64,000 bases of DNA from NCBI GenBank assembly GCA_051971635.1, contig JBFPLN010000004.1:1-64000 (forward strand), in the 5' to 3' direction. This document shows, one piece after another, positions 36,146 through 46,775 of this stretch. The notes under the pieces were generated by a model that was not told where the DNA came from, searched no databases, and saw nothing but the letters and a program-made list of their open reading frames with translations. The first letter of the stretch is position 1. Every line of letters starts with the position of its first letter. Source of the stretch: Candidatus Atelocyanobacterium thalassae (GTDB lineage Bacteria > Cyanobacteriota > Cyanobacteriia > Cyanobacteriales > Microcystaceae). Position numbers and translations under genes: made by a program.

Positions 36146-36947
36146 TTGAAGAATTTTTTATAATACTTTTATTTATTTGATTAAATCTATAAGTTATTGT
36201 TTTATTTTCTCTTAGCCTACCTAATCGTATAAGCTTCTGATGTTTAAGTCCTACCAAGAGTAACCCTGCATTATCTGTTTTAAGAATGATACTTTCTTTA
36301 CCTTTCCATATCTTCTCTGTTTTTTCGTTGAAAATTCCATCAAACTTTATATGATTATCGACTATTACTTTTAGTGTTGATCCTCCTTTACTACTAACTT
36401 TTACCACTATGTTGTTTGTATCTACTCTAGAAGATATTGAATTTATATTAACTTTATCTGATATGTTATTATATGTTTTCTCTAAAAAAAAATTTTCAAA
36501 TACAGTCAAAATAGTATTAATTGAAAAATAAACGGCAAATATATAAAAAAAGTAACGGTTTAAAGATGTAGATAAAATAGAAAAAAAATGTGAATCAAGA
36601 GTAGACTTGTACTTAGTATTATTTAGCGAATTAACTGATAAACCTTCAGCTAATTTTTGTCCATCTAGACTTAAGAAATTACCAACTTTTTTTATTAGAC
36701 ATTTTGTATAAATTATTTCTGGTAATTTCTTTACATGACCATTTTCAAGAGCGTCTAAAACATATGTTGGAATACGTGTTTTTTGTGAAATAGAAATAAG
36801 TGTTAAACCTTTCTTCTTCCGAGCATAAAATAGTTGATTACCAATTTCTTTTAAGACATCTTCTTGTATTTTATTTTTTTTCATTAGGAGAAGAGTAGAA
36901 TGTTTAGATTGACTGAAACTGTCTATTTTAATATGTAATAAGATCAC
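36132..36947 (-). CDS. rodZ: RodZ-like helix-turn-helix membrane protein (divergent; true start may be 36884)
   Basis: N-terminal HTH (IGNQLFYARKKKGLTL..ALENG...LPEIIY), one TM segment, C-terminal DUF4115-like region (VIVD..IKFDG, DNAG). Confidence 0.7.
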   Translation of the reverse strand: MILLHIKIDSFSQSKHSTLLLMKKNKIQEDVLKEIGNQLFYARKKKGLTLISISQKTRIPTYVLDALENGHVKKLPEIIYTKCLIKKVGNFLSLDGQKLAEGLSVNSLNNTKYKSTLDSHFFSILSTSLNRYFFYIFAVYFSINTILTVFENFFLEKTYNNISDKVNINSISSRVDTNNIVVKVSSKGGSTLKVIVDNHIKFDGIFNEKTEKIWKGKESIILKTDNAGLLLVGLKHQKLIRLGRLRENKTITYRFNQINKSIIKNSSTKYD

Positions 36948-36978
36948 ATAATCTTTTCTATTTTGTCATATCCATTAA

Positions 36979-37752
36979 TTAATATTTTCTTATATTATTA
37001 TGAAATAATTTTGTTAGATACTTTAAAGTATTGACTTCCGACGAGTCTAGTAAGCGATAGCTTCCAACACTCAGATTACTAACTTTAGAAGTTGATAAAG
37101 ATATCGGCCCAATGGCAATACGATGTAAATCCATAACATCTAGTCCAAATTGCTGTGCAATACGGCGAATATGTCTATTTCTACCTTCTGTTAAAATGAT
37201 TTTTAGACTCGTATACTGCTTGTCCTGACTAAGGATTTCTATATAAGCAGGTAATGTTTTTTTTCTGTCTAGAATAACACCTCGGCGCCAATTTTTTAGT
37301 ACTGTTTGTGTAAACTTTCCTCGCACTAAAACTTGATATTTTTTAGGTAAATGGTACCTCGGATGAGTTAATTTTAAGGTTAGGTTTCCATCATTTGTTA
37401 ATAATAAAGCCCCAGAAGAATTCATATCAAGTCTTCCAACAGGATGTATACCTTTCTCTCTTCTCAGGTTATCAGAAAGTAGATCCATCACAATAGGACG
37501 GTTTTGAGAATCACTACAAGAGCAAATGATTCCAACAGGTTTGTTTACTAATATATAAACCTGTTGTGGCTTCTTGCTAAATTCAATTACTTTTCCATCC
37601 AATTCTAAAATATCCTGAAGAGGATCTGCCTTATCTCCCAAGACTGCAACTCGTCCATTTAATTTTAGTCTCTCTTCTAATATTAAGATCTCTGAGTGAC
37701 GCCTAGAAGCAATTCCCCATTGAGATAAGATTTTCTGTATTCGCTTTTCCAC
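36979..37752 (-). CDS. RsuA/RluB-family rRNA pseudouridine synthase
   Basis: S4 domain (RIQKILSQWGIASRR), HPVGRLD catalytic Asp, LLLTNDG, EGRNR. Confidence 0.93.
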   Translation of the reverse strand: MEKRIQKILSQWGIASRRHSEILILEERLKLNGRVAVLGDKADPLQDILELDGKVIEFSKKPQQVYILVNKPVGIICSCSDSQNRPIVMDLLSDNLRREKGIHPVGRLDMNSSGALLLTNDGNLTLKLTHPRYHLPKKYQVLVRGKFTQTVLKNWRRGVILDRKKTLPAYIEILSQDKQYTSLKIILTEGRNRHIRRIAQQFGLDVMDLHRIAIGPISLSTSKVSNLSVGSYRLLDSSEVNTLKYLTKLFHNNIRKY

Positions 37753-37966
37753 TTATATCAGGCCTCAAAATATTAACAAATCTTCCTAATTTCAGGATCG
37801 CACATATTGTACTATCAACAAGTTATAAATTAATTTTATCTAGCTTCATCAAAATTTGTGGGTTAACAACTAATATAGTACAGTGCATGACATTTTAGAG
37901 TGAGGATTTGAAATATAAACTTATATTTTATTTCTTAAGTTTCGATTTATATATTACAAATCAAAT

Positions 37967-39784
37967 CTATAAGATTTGTTTTAATTTATTGGCTAATGTT
38001 GTTCTTTTAACACGAATTAACTTATATACACTTTCTTGTTGAATTAATGTATATTCTGGTTTTGCTAAATGTAATTTGTCTAGATATTTTTTTTCACTAA
38101 TTATTAATATATTTTCTTGACTATTCATCTCTTGAAAATATTTCATAGCGAATCCATTATCAATGTCTGACTCTGTTATTGAATCAACAACATCTTGTGT
38201 ATAAAATACTAAGCTCGGACGCATAAAGCCTAAAAAAACTAGTCTTTCATTCGCTTCTTTTTCAATTTTTACAAAGTTAGCGATTTCTCTTAATGGTAAA
38301 TGTCTTTGACTATCAATAATTTGTGCAACTGGTAAACAAATCCAAGAGAAAAAACCTAAGAATCCTAACAAATTAGCAACCCACAACCAAGAACGATAAT
38401 TATGAATCCATATCAAGAATAGAGCAAAAAAAGAACTAAGTGACCAAATTATTCCCCCTTTTATTAATAAATGAGATCTTAGTAAGAAATTTTCCAATTC
38501 AGGCATTGCAGGATCGTTGCCGATAAAATGATGGCTATAGAAAATGGCTACAGCAAACCCAATCAAGATACCAATATTAGCAATGCAACTTATTAAAAAC
38601 AGAAAGGGCCATATTCTTGAAGATTGTCTATTACCATTGATCCTGTTACTCCAAAATAATGTTACTATGATTGCCAAAGCAGGAATAGAAGGCAAAATAT
38701 AACTCACTAATTTTGTTGCAGAGACAGAAAAAAACAAGAAAATTATAGAGAACCAACATAAAGAAAATATTCCCAAGTGACTACTACGAGAAGAATTCAT
38801 CAACTCACTTCTTTTCCAAAATTTTAGCTCAGTTAGTGCAAGAGGAAAATAAACAGACCAAGGTAACAAACCTATAAGAATAACAATCACGTAATAATAC
38901 CAAGCTCCGGGATGACGGCTTACTACATTGGTAAATCTCTGAACATTATGTAATCCAAAAAAAGTATTAATATACTCTCTGCCGTGAGTCATGGTAACTA
39001 GAGCAAACCAAGGAGTGGAAATTATTGAAAAACTTAACAACCCGGATATCCAAGGAACTTCTTTAATAACTGGAATAAGTTGATTTACATATATTAAAAA
39101 GACAGAAACAATAATGCCAGGTAGAACTAGAGCAACAGGACCTTTTGCAAGAACGCCTAGAGACATAAAAACCCAATACCCGAGATACCACCATTCTTTA
39201 GTAGACAATCCTAAGTAAGTAAGAGAAGTTTTTCGTGGCTGTACATAACCTAAAAAAAAAGAAAATAAAGCCAGAGATATACTACTTGCCAAGAAAATAT
39301 CAGATACACTTGTTCGTCCCCAAGCTATCCAAAAAGGATTTAAAGCTATAATACCCGAACCAATATATGCAGAAAACCATGATTTTTTAGAAGAGAAAAG
39401 ACCCTTTTGTAAACTGACATCTCCAAAATTTTTTAAAGTATAAAAAACTAGTATTATTACTAAAATTGCTGCTAACGCAGAGGGAATTCTAGCTCCCCAT
39501 TCATTAATACCAAATACTTTATATGACAATCCAATAAGCCAATAAGTTAAAGGTGGTTTGTCAAAACGTACTTCTTGATTCCAATATGGCGTAATCCAAT
39601 CTCCTGTAACTACCATTTGCCGAGCAGCCTCTGCAAACATTGGTTCCGTTTTATCTAATAGACCGATACTTCCTAATTCTGAAAAAAAAGCAATAGAGCT
39701 AACTAGAGATAACCATAGAACTGAAAATAACCAGAGTGTTTTTTTATCCTTCTTCCAAGCGCCGACAATTTTATTCTCAAACAT
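37967..39784 (-). CDS. ArnT/PMT-like glycosyltransferase (GT39/GT83 superfamily)
   Basis: EPMFAEAARQM, RFDKPPLTYW, LAKGPVALVLP, TKLVSYILP; many TM helices. Confidence 0.88.
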   Translation of the reverse strand: MFENKIVGAWKKDKKTLWLFSVLWLSLVSSIAFFSELGSIGLLDKTEPMFAEAARQMVVTGDWITPYWNQEVRFDKPPLTYWLIGLSYKVFGINEWGARIPSALAAILVIILVFYTLKNFGDVSLQKGLFSSKKSWFSAYIGSGIIALNPFWIAWGRTSVSDIFLASSISLALFSFFLGYVQPRKTSLTYLGLSTKEWWYLGYWVFMSLGVLAKGPVALVLPGIIVSVFLIYVNQLIPVIKEVPWISGLLSFSIISTPWFALVTMTHGREYINTFFGLHNVQRFTNVVSRHPGAWYYYVIVILIGLLPWSVYFPLALTELKFWKRSELMNSSRSSHLGIFSLCWFSIIFLFFSVSATKLVSYILPSIPALAIIVTLFWSNRINGNRQSSRIWPFLFLISCIANIGILIGFAVAIFYSHHFIGNDPAMPELENFLLRSHLLIKGGIIWSLSSFFALFLIWIHNYRSWLWVANLLGFLGFFSWICLPVAQIIDSQRHLPLREIANFVKIEKEANERLVFLGFMRPSLVFYTQDVVDSITESDIDNGFAMKYFQEMNSQENILIISEKKYLDKLHLAKPEYTLIQQESVYKLIRVKRTTLANKLKQIL

Positions 39785-39830
39785 TGATAATTTTATTATA
39801 TTTATTAAAGTTATTTTTTATTTTTTTACA

Positions 39831-40523
39831 TCAAGAATCAAGGTACTTATTATTAATGAATTTTAATAAATTAACGCAAAACAAAAAACCCATACAAGCA
39901 ATAATGGTACCTGCTAGTAAATCTGTATACCAATGAATATTTAAGTAAATACTTGACCATCCTATTGTCATAACAAAGAAAATAGAGATGGTGTAGGAAA
40001 GAGTTTTCCATTTTGGGAAATAAAAACCCATTAAATAAGAGAAATATAAATATAGCATTAAATTTCCAGATATGTGTCCACTTGGATAACTTTTCCCATG
40101 AACATCAATAAGACCTGGAATTGGGCGAATGCGTCCAAACCATGGTTTCAGAATTTTATCAATTACTAACAAAATCCCCATAGTTGAAATAGCTAATACT
40201 TGAGCCTCTTTCCAATAAAGTTTCCAACATAAATATCCTAAACTCAATATAACAATACAAGCTGCAACTTCAGATTCTCCTAAAAAATAAAATATTTTAG
40301 CTATTTTAGTTAAGATGGGATATTGATAAGAATGAATCCACCGTACCATATTTAAATCGGCAGTATTCAACTTACCTGAGATGACTATTTTACTTAGTCC
40401 AGTAAATAATATTAAAATAATGGGTAATGTAGCAAAAGTTTTATCAATTTTATTCGATAAATATTTTTTCAGTTTCATACTATTAAAGTAAATTAAATAG
40501 TAGGTATTGCCGTATGATAGCAT
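39831..40523 (-). CDS. PAP2-family membrane phosphatase
   Basis: KxxxxxxRP (KPWFGRIRP), YPSGH, HWYTD motifs. Confidence 0.9.
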   Translation of the reverse strand: MLSYGNTYYLIYFNSMKLKKYLSNKIDKTFATLPIILILFTGLSKIVISGKLNTADLNMVRWIHSYQYPILTKIAKIFYFLGESEVAACIVILSLGYLCWKLYWKEAQVLAISTMGILLVIDKILKPWFGRIRPIPGLIDVHGKSYPSGHISGNLMLYLYFSYLMGFYFPKWKTLSYTISIFFVMTIGWSSIYLNIHWYTDLLAGTIIACMGFLFCVNLLKFINNKYLDS

Positions 40524-40806
40524 TTAAGGTCAAATCTAGCTAAAATCATCATTATTTAATGAATTGCAATCAAATTTAAGTTTTTCAGCTATTATTAAAT
40601 ACTTAAAAAATACTATAAGAATTTTATACAAGAAATATATAAAGATTAATGAGTAAAACTTACTTAAATATTCAGAAACTTAACTTTTAATATCAACTAT
40701 ACAATAGTTCATGTTTTTTTTAAAACAACAAAAATTTTATAAGTAATAATTCTATATAGCTATGATGAATTTTATAAGAACTTTAATAAAGATATAATTT
40801 TATTTT

Positions 40807-42225
40807 TTATTCTACATATTTCAATTTACTTCTCAAAGTACATTGTATATTATGAAAAATTGATTGCGACGTCAACGATGTTAAAATATTTTTTATTACT
40901 TTCTTGGGCCTTTCAGGTCCCCATATAGCTCCATTAATCAAATAGCTTTTTGTGAATTTCCCTATCATATAGCAAGTAAATCCTGCAATAAAACCTTGTA
41001 TTATTCTGGTAAATAAATAAAAAAACATAGATTTTCCTGATAGAAAATAAAAATTCTCGCTAGGAATTTCTTCTAGCGAATTGCATATAAATGATATAAA
41101 AAATTCACTAATACTAATACTAATCATACTAATACCAAGCTTTCTAATAAGACTAATTACTCCTTTTTGAGTTATTGAGATCTGGTATAAATCAGATAAA
41201 GCTAATATCATTACCATATCAACAAAAGTTCCTAAGATTAAACCTGCAATAATCATAGGATTAAAGACAATAACTATAAATTTTAATATTGAAGCTTTCT
41301 GAATAATAAGTTTAGCTCGTTTATCATAAATCTTAAATTTATATAGTGTGGCTTGCTGGTTAAATTTGTCAGCTAACAACATAGAATTAAAAGCTATTAA
41401 CGATTGACCTTCTTTGTCTAACAAATTTAGAATTTTTAATTTTAGTTTTTCAATTTGCGGCTTACCTTTTAAATATTGAAGCTCCCAATGACCTTGTGTG
41501 CTCTTCACTAATTTTGAAATAAGTGGAGATGCTGCAACTGCTACAATTTCGTTGTAAGTAAATAGCTTTCCAATACGTTCATTACATATTTTTTGATGTA
41601 TTTCTAAACGATCTATTTTTGAATATTGGTCTATTTTATTGAAAACTATGATAATTGGTTTTCCTAAATCTTGCAGTTTATGCAAGGCTTCAAATTCTTT
41701 TTGGCTTATGTCTTCTGTGATAGCGAATAGTACCAAATCGGCCTTTGTAGCTATTTTATAAGCTGTTATTTCTTGATTCTTACCGTCTATTTCATCCAGT
41801 CCAGGAGTATCAATTAGCTGTATTCTATGATATTTATGTTCTGATAAATGGTTTAAACTGCTACTTTTTAGTAATTTCCAATTAGCAGTTCTAATAGTTC
41901 TGGTAACTCCATGAAGCGCTCCTGTTTTAAAGACTTCCTCTTGCAAGAGACTATTGAGGATAGATGATTTACCTTTTCCTACCATACCAAAAATAACAAT
42001 TCGTACAACAGATTTTTCCAATCTTACTAATGTCTGTCTTAAAGATCTTAGTTCTGTTTCTAATACTTTTGCATCCTGAATTGATGTAGAAAAATAATTA
42101 ACAAGATTTTCTAAAGTTTTTTTCGCTTGTGTATAGTTTGAGTCTTCTCTTGTTTTTATTACACTTGATAGATCTTTATATAAATTCTTATAATAAAATT
42201 TATCCTTTAAATTTAGTTGAAGCAT
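40807..42225 (-). CDS. Era-like GTP-binding protein with DUF697-like C-terminal membrane region
   Basis: GMVGKGKSS, GALHGVT, DTPG, NKID; C-terminal 'NGAIWGPERPK'. Confidence 0.85.
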   Translation of the reverse strand: MLQLNLKDKFYYKNLYKDLSSVIKTREDSNYTQAKKTLENLVNYFSTSIQDAKVLETELRSLRQTLVRLEKSVVRIVIFGMVGKGKSSILNSLLQEEVFKTGALHGVTRTIRTANWKLLKSSSLNHLSEHKYHRIQLIDTPGLDEIDGKNQEITAYKIATKADLVLFAITEDISQKEFEALHKLQDLGKPIIIVFNKIDQYSKIDRLEIHQKICNERIGKLFTYNEIVAVAASPLISKLVKSTQGHWELQYLKGKPQIEKLKLKILNLLDKEGQSLIAFNSMLLADKFNQQATLYKFKIYDKRAKLIIQKASILKFIVIVFNPMIIAGLILGTFVDMVMILALSDLYQISITQKGVISLIRKLGISMISISISEFFISFICNSLEEIPSENFYFLSGKSMFFYLFTRIIQGFIAGFTCYMIGKFTKSYLINGAIWGPERPKKVIKNILTSLTSQSIFHNIQCTLRSKLKYVE

Positions 42226-42376
42226 TTTTTTAGATCTATACTATTTATACTAAATCCAATCTTCAGTAATTCATTAAGTAAAATTTAATGATAGAGTCAG
42301 CTTTTTAAAGTATACCAAAAACTCAGATGGTTGTTTCAAAACTTTCTAGTACTTACCACCTACTTCTAAATGATTA

Positions 42377-43354
42377 ATGATTTCAGATATTAAAAAAAAT
42401 AAGGACGACCATTCTGTTGATCTAGAAACAGTTTTAAAAAATACGTGGATATTCAAACCTGCTCCCGTTGTTAAATGGGCTGGTGGAAAAAGACAATTAT
42501 TAAATAAATTAAGAGATAGATATCCTGATAGATTGAAGAAAGGACTAATAACAACTTACTTAGAACCTTTTTGTGGTGGTGCAGCAGTCTTTTTTGATAT
42601 TTATTCTTCTTACACAATTAAGAAAGCTTATCTTTTTGATAAAAATATAGAATTAATCATATTATATAAAGTTATACAGCACGATGTTTACAAATTAATT
42701 GATAGGCTATATGAACTAGAAGATAAATATTTAAATTTATCTCCAAATGAAAAAAGCGAATTCTATTATAAGATTAGAAATCTATACAATAATTTCGATA
42801 AGAATGTTGATTCTGATATTTATAGGACAGAATGGGTAGAAAGAGCTGGTTACACTATTTTTCTCAATAAAACATGTTTCAACGGCTTATATAGAGTTAA
42901 TCGTAAAGAAGAATTTAATGTTCCAATAGGTACTTATAAAAATCCGAAAATTTTTTGTGAAAAAAATTTAATTGAAGTTAACAAAGCATTTGAGATTGCA
43001 GAAATTAGGCATAATGATTTTTCTAAAATTCTTGAATATGCAAATAAATCTACTTTTATTTATTACGATCCGCCTTATCGTCCTATTAGTAAGAAAGGTA
43101 ATTTTAAGTCTTATACTTCCTTAAAGTTTGATGATGATGAACAACGACGCTTGCAAAATATATTTGTAAAAGCTTCAAAACTAGATGCACTACAAATGTT
43201 AAGTAATTCAGATCCTAAAAATTATACAGATGATTCTTTTTTCGATGAATTGTATAAAGAATTCAACATTAGTAGATCTTTAGCCTTAAGAAGGATAAAT
43301 TCTAAGGGTAACAATAGATGTAGTGTGAGCGAAATTATTATAACTAATTATTAA
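42377..43354 (+). CDS. dam: Dam/DpnM-family DNA adenine methyltransferase (solitary)
   Basis: KWAGGK, EPFCGGAAV, LNKTCFNGLYRVN, DPPY, MLSNS. Confidence 0.92.
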   Translation: MISDIKKNKDDHSVDLETVLKNTWIFKPAPVVKWAGGKRQLLNKLRDRYPDRLKKGLITTYLEPFCGGAAVFFDIYSSYTIKKAYLFDKNIELIILYKVIQHDVYKLIDRLYELEDKYLNLSPNEKSEFYYKIRNLYNNFDKNVDSDIYRTEWVERAGYTIFLNKTCFNGLYRVNRKEEFNVPIGTYKNPKIFCEKNLIEVNKAFEIAEIRHNDFSKILEYANKSTFIYYDPPYRPISKKGNFKSYTSLKFDDDEQRRLQNIFVKASKLDALQMLSNSDPKNYTDDSFFDELYKEFNISRSLALRRINSKGNNRCSVSEIIITNY

Positions 43355-43526
43355 AGTGCAAGAGTCTCGACTCTCTTTATATTTATAGCTTCTATTAAAT
43401 CAATTAAGTTTGAATAAGAACATTCATGATAGAGATATTTTATTTATTCAAAATCTATAGTTTGTTATCTTCAAAATAGATAATTAAAATATTCATACTA
43501 AATTCATGTAGTATTCAAAATTTGCT

Positions 43527-44609
43527 TTACTTGGTCAGTTTAACTGCAAGATCAATAGCTTCTTTTAAGCTAGTTATTTTAGCAATACCTTGCCCGGCAA
43601 TATCAAAAGCAGTCCCATGATCAGGTGAAGTGCGAGCAAAAGGTAATCCGATAGTATTATTAACAGCTTGTTCAAAAGCCATTAACTTTACAGGTATTAA
43701 TCCTTGATCATGATATAGGGATAAATAAGCATCTGCTAATTCATTGGGATTTTGAGTATGAATAAAGTTTTTAGTTTTTTCTAAGTCTAATAAATTTCCA
43801 AACCAAGCTTGCATAGGTTTTACCCACATAGTATCAGGAGGAACTAAACCAACTAGTTTAACATTGGGATATTTTTTTCTCTCCCTTACTAGCCAAGGTA
43901 ATAACCAATCTTTTTCTTCTGTCCCTAATTGTCCGTTTTCTCCACTATGAGGATTTAATCCTCCAATGACAATTTTTGGATTTTTAATAGAAGAATTATT
44001 ATTAAGATAATTAATTAATAAATTTAATTTCATGGACATGAGCTTAGGGGTTAAAGTTTCTGCAACTTTACTCAAAGGAATATGGGTAGTAGCCAATAGC
44101 GTCCTCATTATCCATCCAGTATAGGGAGACTTAGCTACAAATAGCATTCCAAATTGATCAACTTTTGTTTTTTTTGCTAAAACTTCAGTTTGGCCAGGGT
44201 AGTTAAATCCAGCTATTTTCCAGGCTAGTTTTGAAATAGGAGCTGTAATAATTCCTTGAAAATTTCCTCTAAGGGTTTCAATAATTGCTCTATTTAGATA
44301 TTCGAAACTAGCTTTTCCGCTAGCTGCATTAGCGCAACCTAAAATAATTTGAGACTGAATTATAGGATCCATTGGGACATCGATTATCGAGAATGTCTCA
44401 GGATTTGCTAATTTTTCTCTTTCTATTGGTAGCTGTTGATAGCTCTTCAATAATATCGATTTTGTTCCAATAACAGTTAGCTCACAAGATTGGGTAATCA
44501 AAGGATCTGCTAGTACTTTAAGAATAATTTCTGGTCCAATACCAGCTGGATCTCCAAGTGTTAAAGCTAATTTTGGACGTTGGTTAAAAAAAAGGTTAGC
44601 AGATTGCAT
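43527..44609 (-). CDS. pdxA: 4-hydroxythreonine-4-phosphate dehydrogenase
   Basis: [48 protein letters not shown]. Confidence 0.98.
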   Translation of the reverse strand: MQSANLFFNQRPKLALTLGDPAGIGPEIILKVLADPLITQSCELTVIGTKSILLKSYQQLPIEREKLANPETFSIIDVPMDPIIQSQIILGCANAASGKASFEYLNRAIIETLRGNFQGIITAPISKLAWKIAGFNYPGQTEVLAKKTKVDQFGMLFVAKSPYTGWIMRTLLATTHIPLSKVAETLTPKLMSMKLNLLINYLNNNSSIKNPKIVIGGLNPHSGENGQLGTEEKDWLLPWLVRERKKYPNVKLVGLVPPDTMWVKPMQAWFGNLLDLEKTKNFIHTQNPNELADAYLSLYHDQGLIPVKLMAFEQAVNNTIGLPFARTSPDHGTAFDIAGQGIAKITSLKEAIDLAVKLTK

Positions 44610-44765
44610 CTTGTTATTTTGCCTTCATGTTTTACAATACGTATTGACGAATTAATTCTGCTTAAAATTAATAAGCCTATTTATATCGTATATTAGGTAA
44701 TCTTAAATATGAGCTAAACTCGTCAATAAATTTGCACGTCTGTTCCTTCTACTAGGAGAATATTT

Positions 44766-44879
44766 ATGACAGCTGAAAGTATGATGTTTAACGGCCCAGC
44801 TTTAATAGCAGTTCTAGTTCTCTTTGGCCTAGCTTGGGGATTTGTTATACTCAAGATCCAGGGAGGAGAAGCTGAATAG
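44766..44879 (+). CDS. petM: Cytochrome b6f subunit PetM (37 aa, not in the ORF track)
   Basis: Manual translation [42 protein letters not shown] ribosome-binding site upstream; divergent from pdxA; hairpin downstream. Confidence 0.93.
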   Translation: MTAESMMFNGPALIAVLVLFGLAWGFVILKIQGGEAE

Positions 44880-44887
44880 CTTACAGT

Positions 44888-44933
44888 AATGAGGAGGAAG
44901 TATAGCTGAGTAAGCTATATTAGCTCCTCATTG
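44888..44933 (+). terminator. Stem-loop after petM
   Basis: AATGAGGAG...TATAGCT / AGCTATA...CTCCTCATT. Confidence 0.65.
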
Positions 44934-45232
44934 AAATTGTATGACTAATTTTACTATTTAAATATTTTAAGGCTTATTGTTAAACATTTTCAACATATAT
45001 AACTACAATGCCTAAGTTTAAATATTAAGTAAGCTAAAAAATTATAATATTTCTAAGCTTACTTGTGTTAAAAAAATAATTAGACTTGATGATTATTGCT
45101 TATATACTTTCATATTTTAAACAGTAATATTTAAATTGTTCCTTATCAAAAGTAAGTATTATTTTCGCATTTTTTCTCGTTAAAGATAGATATCTTGGGT
45201 TTTCAAAATTCTTTTTGTACAAGACTAAAGGG

Positions 45233-45661
45233 CTATAAATATTGACTTTCTTCATGTGTGCGAGGGCAAGTTTCTAAATCCTCAGTAAGAGAATTTATAG
45301 AATTTAATCCAATCCATTTATCAATAGCATCTTGTTCAAAACCTACTTTATAAACCTGATCAACTTGAATTAAGGGACGACGAATTAATAAAGGATCAGT
45401 TATCATAAGCTCTAAGATATCTTTCTCAGCAGTATTAATAAAATTTCGAGGAACAATTTCACCTGATTTAATTCTTGGTGCACTATAGTTGAACCATAAT
45501 GTCTTAGGGAGATCTCTAAAAAACAGATTTAGCTTATCTATTGTCCAAGGTTCAGTCAAGATATTTCTAATATCTAACTTGTGACCTGCTGCAATAAGTA
45601 AACTTTTTTGTTTTGTATTATTACGACATCCTGGTTTTTCATAAAATATAACTTTAGCCAT
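45233..45661 (-). CDS. ArsC/Spx-family nitrogenase-associated protein
   Basis: VIFYEKPGC..N..QK, DPLLIRRPL, VGF; sits at the edge of the nif cluster. Confidence 0.88.
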   Translation of the reverse strand: MAKVIFYEKPGCRNNTKQKSLLIAAGHKLDIRNILTEPWTIDKLNLFFRDLPKTLWFNYSAPRIKSGEIVPRNFINTAEKDILELMITDPLLIRRPLIQVDQVYKVGFEQDAIDKWIGLNSINSLTEDLETCPRTHEESQYL

Positions 45662-46061
45662 AAAATAATACAGTATACTTTAGTGAATTTCCAAATAGCT
45701 TCTATATATTAAGACTTTCACTTAATAACATTCCGAATTAGTTAAAGAAAGCCTTTAAAATATCTTTAGCACTCTAATTTCTAAATTGTACCATAACCTT
45801 TAAAGCTTAAACTATATAAAAAACAATACTAAGAATCTGACAAAAATATTTTATTTTTTGGCTACGCTTATGCCTATTATAGTCAAGAATTTTCTGCAGT
45901 GTAATCTAATTTTTCCAACTTCTTTTCTTTCTAGATTTTACATTTGGATCAAAATGAATAACTCACTTTAAAACTGTAGCCAAACCTCATCAAAATCTTT
46001 TAGTTAATACTTTCTTTATTGAGAAGATTATTCAATAAAATTTATCTAAAATCAATGATTA

Positions 46062-46136
46062 TATTATTAATTATTTACAAGACTACAGGAGCTTAAATTA
46101 GTTAAGCTCCTGTAGTCTTGTAAATAATTAATAATA
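46062..46136. repeat. Perfect 35-bp-arm palindrome downstream of nifT (probable terminator / 3' stabiliser)
   Basis: TATTATTAATTATTTACAAGACTACAGGAGCTTAA - ATTAG - exact reverse complement. Confidence 0.95.
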
Positions 46137-46166
46137 ATATCTAACAGAAGATAAAATCTAACTATT

Positions 46167-46373
46167 TTATTCATCTGGTAGGCGTTTTGCATCAAAGGTT
46201 TGAGGCAAATGTGTTTCATCATTGAGGTTTTCAATTTGCAGTCTCCAACCATTTTCTAGGGTCAAAATTTTCCCACTCCCTTCAACACTTTGTGAGACAA
46301 CACCCTCTTCTAAGTCTTTTTTGGGTACATAGATAGAAAACTTCCCACCATCACTGCGTAAAATGACCTTCAT
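46167..46373 (-). CDS. nifT: Nitrogen fixation protein NifT/FixU
   Basis: MKVILR, YVPKKDLEE, LENGW, LPQTFDA. Confidence 0.95.
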   Translation of the reverse strand: MKVILRSDGGKFSIYVPKKDLEEGVVSQSVEGSGKILTLENGWRLQIENLNDETHLPQTFDAKRLPDE

Positions 46374-46463
46374 AAAACTACTCCAATTAGATAAATAATC
46401 AATATTTCGTGGCTAAGAAATTAGCTATTCATCAAAACTACTGTAAAAGTAATTCTGTAGAAA

Positions 46464-46775
46464 TTAATTTTCTTCATTTTCTTCGTCATCAGTATCATCG
46501 AAGAAAGTATCTTCAGCAGCGACTAGCTCATTATATCGGCAGCCTACAACATAACCACTTTCTAAGAAATGAACAGCATAGATGTAATAGCTTTGAAGAT
46601 AAGTACCAATACTAACAATATATCCCGTATCCCCTTTTTTAGCCAGACTTTCTCCTACTTCCTTACCAGGAAAAGTTCCGTCATTGCGAATCATTTTTCG
46701 AAGACGAACTTTTTGTTCTATTTCAAAAACTGGAGGATCGTTAAGTTCGATTTCACCTGGATTATACAATCCCAT
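46464..46775 (-). CDS. nifZ: Nitrogen fixation protein NifZ
   Basis: IRNDGTFPG, GYIVSIGTYLQ, YAVHF, VVGCR. Confidence 0.96.
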   Translation of the reverse strand: MGLYNPGEIELNDPPVFEIEQKVRLRKMIRNDGTFPGKEVGESLAKKGDTGYIVSIGTYLQSYYIYAVHFLESGYVVGCRYNELVAAEDTFFDDTDDEENEEN

